Source: Tubiluchus corallicola (Eukaryota; Animalia; Priapulida). Taken from it: a stretch of 64,000 nt of DNA. The translations under genes and the position numbers were made by a program. Position 1 is the first letter of the stretch. Each line of letters begins with the position of its first letter. A model generated the notes under the pieces. That model saw only the letters and a program-made list of their open reading frames with translations. It was not told the origin of the DNA and made no database searches. Of the stretch, positions 63,251 to 64,000 are shown one piece after another. The stretch covers positions 25,385-89,384 of the forward strand of contig JAQGDQ010000838.1 in assembly GCA_030141605.1 (NCBI GenBank), read 5' to 3'.

Positions 63251-63539
63251 TATGCACGTCTTGTAGCAGATGGCGTATCGTAAGCATATTATGTGAAAAA
63301 TTTGTGAGCAACAATGTTGTAAGTGGCGCGGAACTTTGGTTAAACTGCATAGCTTGAAATTAGCCCCTAAATTACAACTGTATAACATTACCTCCTACTG
63401 AACGAACGAAATAACATAGTTTAACATTTTTGAATTAGATTTAAATTTAGTTAATAATATTTTAGATCTAGGGATTAGCAATGACTAGCACACGTAATAG
63501 GTACATGTTTTTTGTTAGTGTGTATGTTTCATGTGGTCC

Positions 63540-64000
63540 CAGATTATACCGCTTTTGTCGCCTCGTCTGACTGACCACACCTTCTTGAGTTTTGTAATAC
63601 TTTTCTATTCTTCTTCTTCTGTTGCTCTAAACATCTATTGTACACATACAGCCTCTGTCCTATATTAGAGCACTCCATTGTTTCCTGTCTGCAGCTAAAA
63701 TTTTTAATACCTTTGAATCTATTGTTAGGTTTGGTTCTAGCAGTTGTAAGTCTATATTAATTCTTAATATCCAGGTTGTTTTTGGTTTTGCCTGGAGGAG
63801 GATTAGTAAGCTTCAGTGCCTCGTTTAATGCTAATCTTACTGGTGTTGTTTCTGGCAATCTCATTAAATATCCTACCCATCTTAATCCTCTGATTCTGAT
63901 TTTAGTGCTCCAATGTTCTTCTTTGGTTCTGTTTAATGCTAATCTTACTGGTGCTGTTTCTGGCAATCTCATTAAATATCCTACCCATCTTAGTCTTCTG
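63540..64000 (-). mobile_element. RTE-group LINE 3' fragment with an internal tandem duplication (runs off the window)
   Basis: LRWVGYLMRLPET(A/T)PVRLALN occurs twice and resembles the R.RW.GH..R post-RT motif of RTE elements. Confidence 0.7.

Overview
AT-rich, intron- and repeat-rich animal genomic DNA, most likely an invertebrate (R-spondin points to a deuterostome, which is inference). Three protein-coding genes were reconstructed by hand. (1) A single-coding-exon gene (+, 16919-18631, about 570 aa) fuses a four-transmembrane MS4A/CD20-like domain to a receptor-tyrosine-kinase-type domain with degenerate catalytic motifs ([11 protein letters not shown]) and ends in a three-tyrosine ITAM-like tail. 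This is the most unusual object in the window. (2) A complete class I eIF4E gene (-, 39676-27522, 215 aa), missed by the ORF track, carries two tandem 64-nt versions of exon 3 that can only be used mutually exclusively. (3) An R-spondin gene (+, four phase-1 exons from 47767 to 61654, last exon not found) keeps the ZNRF3/RNF43-binding residues of FU1 but lacks the two LGR-binding phenylalanines of FU2. The rest is mobile and repetitive DNA: a 5S-rRNA-headed SINE family, TTAA-, TA- and 8-bp-TSD MITE families (some nested), LINE and Academ-like fragments, minisatellites and microsatellites. All calls come from manual reading and recalled family motifs. No database search was run.
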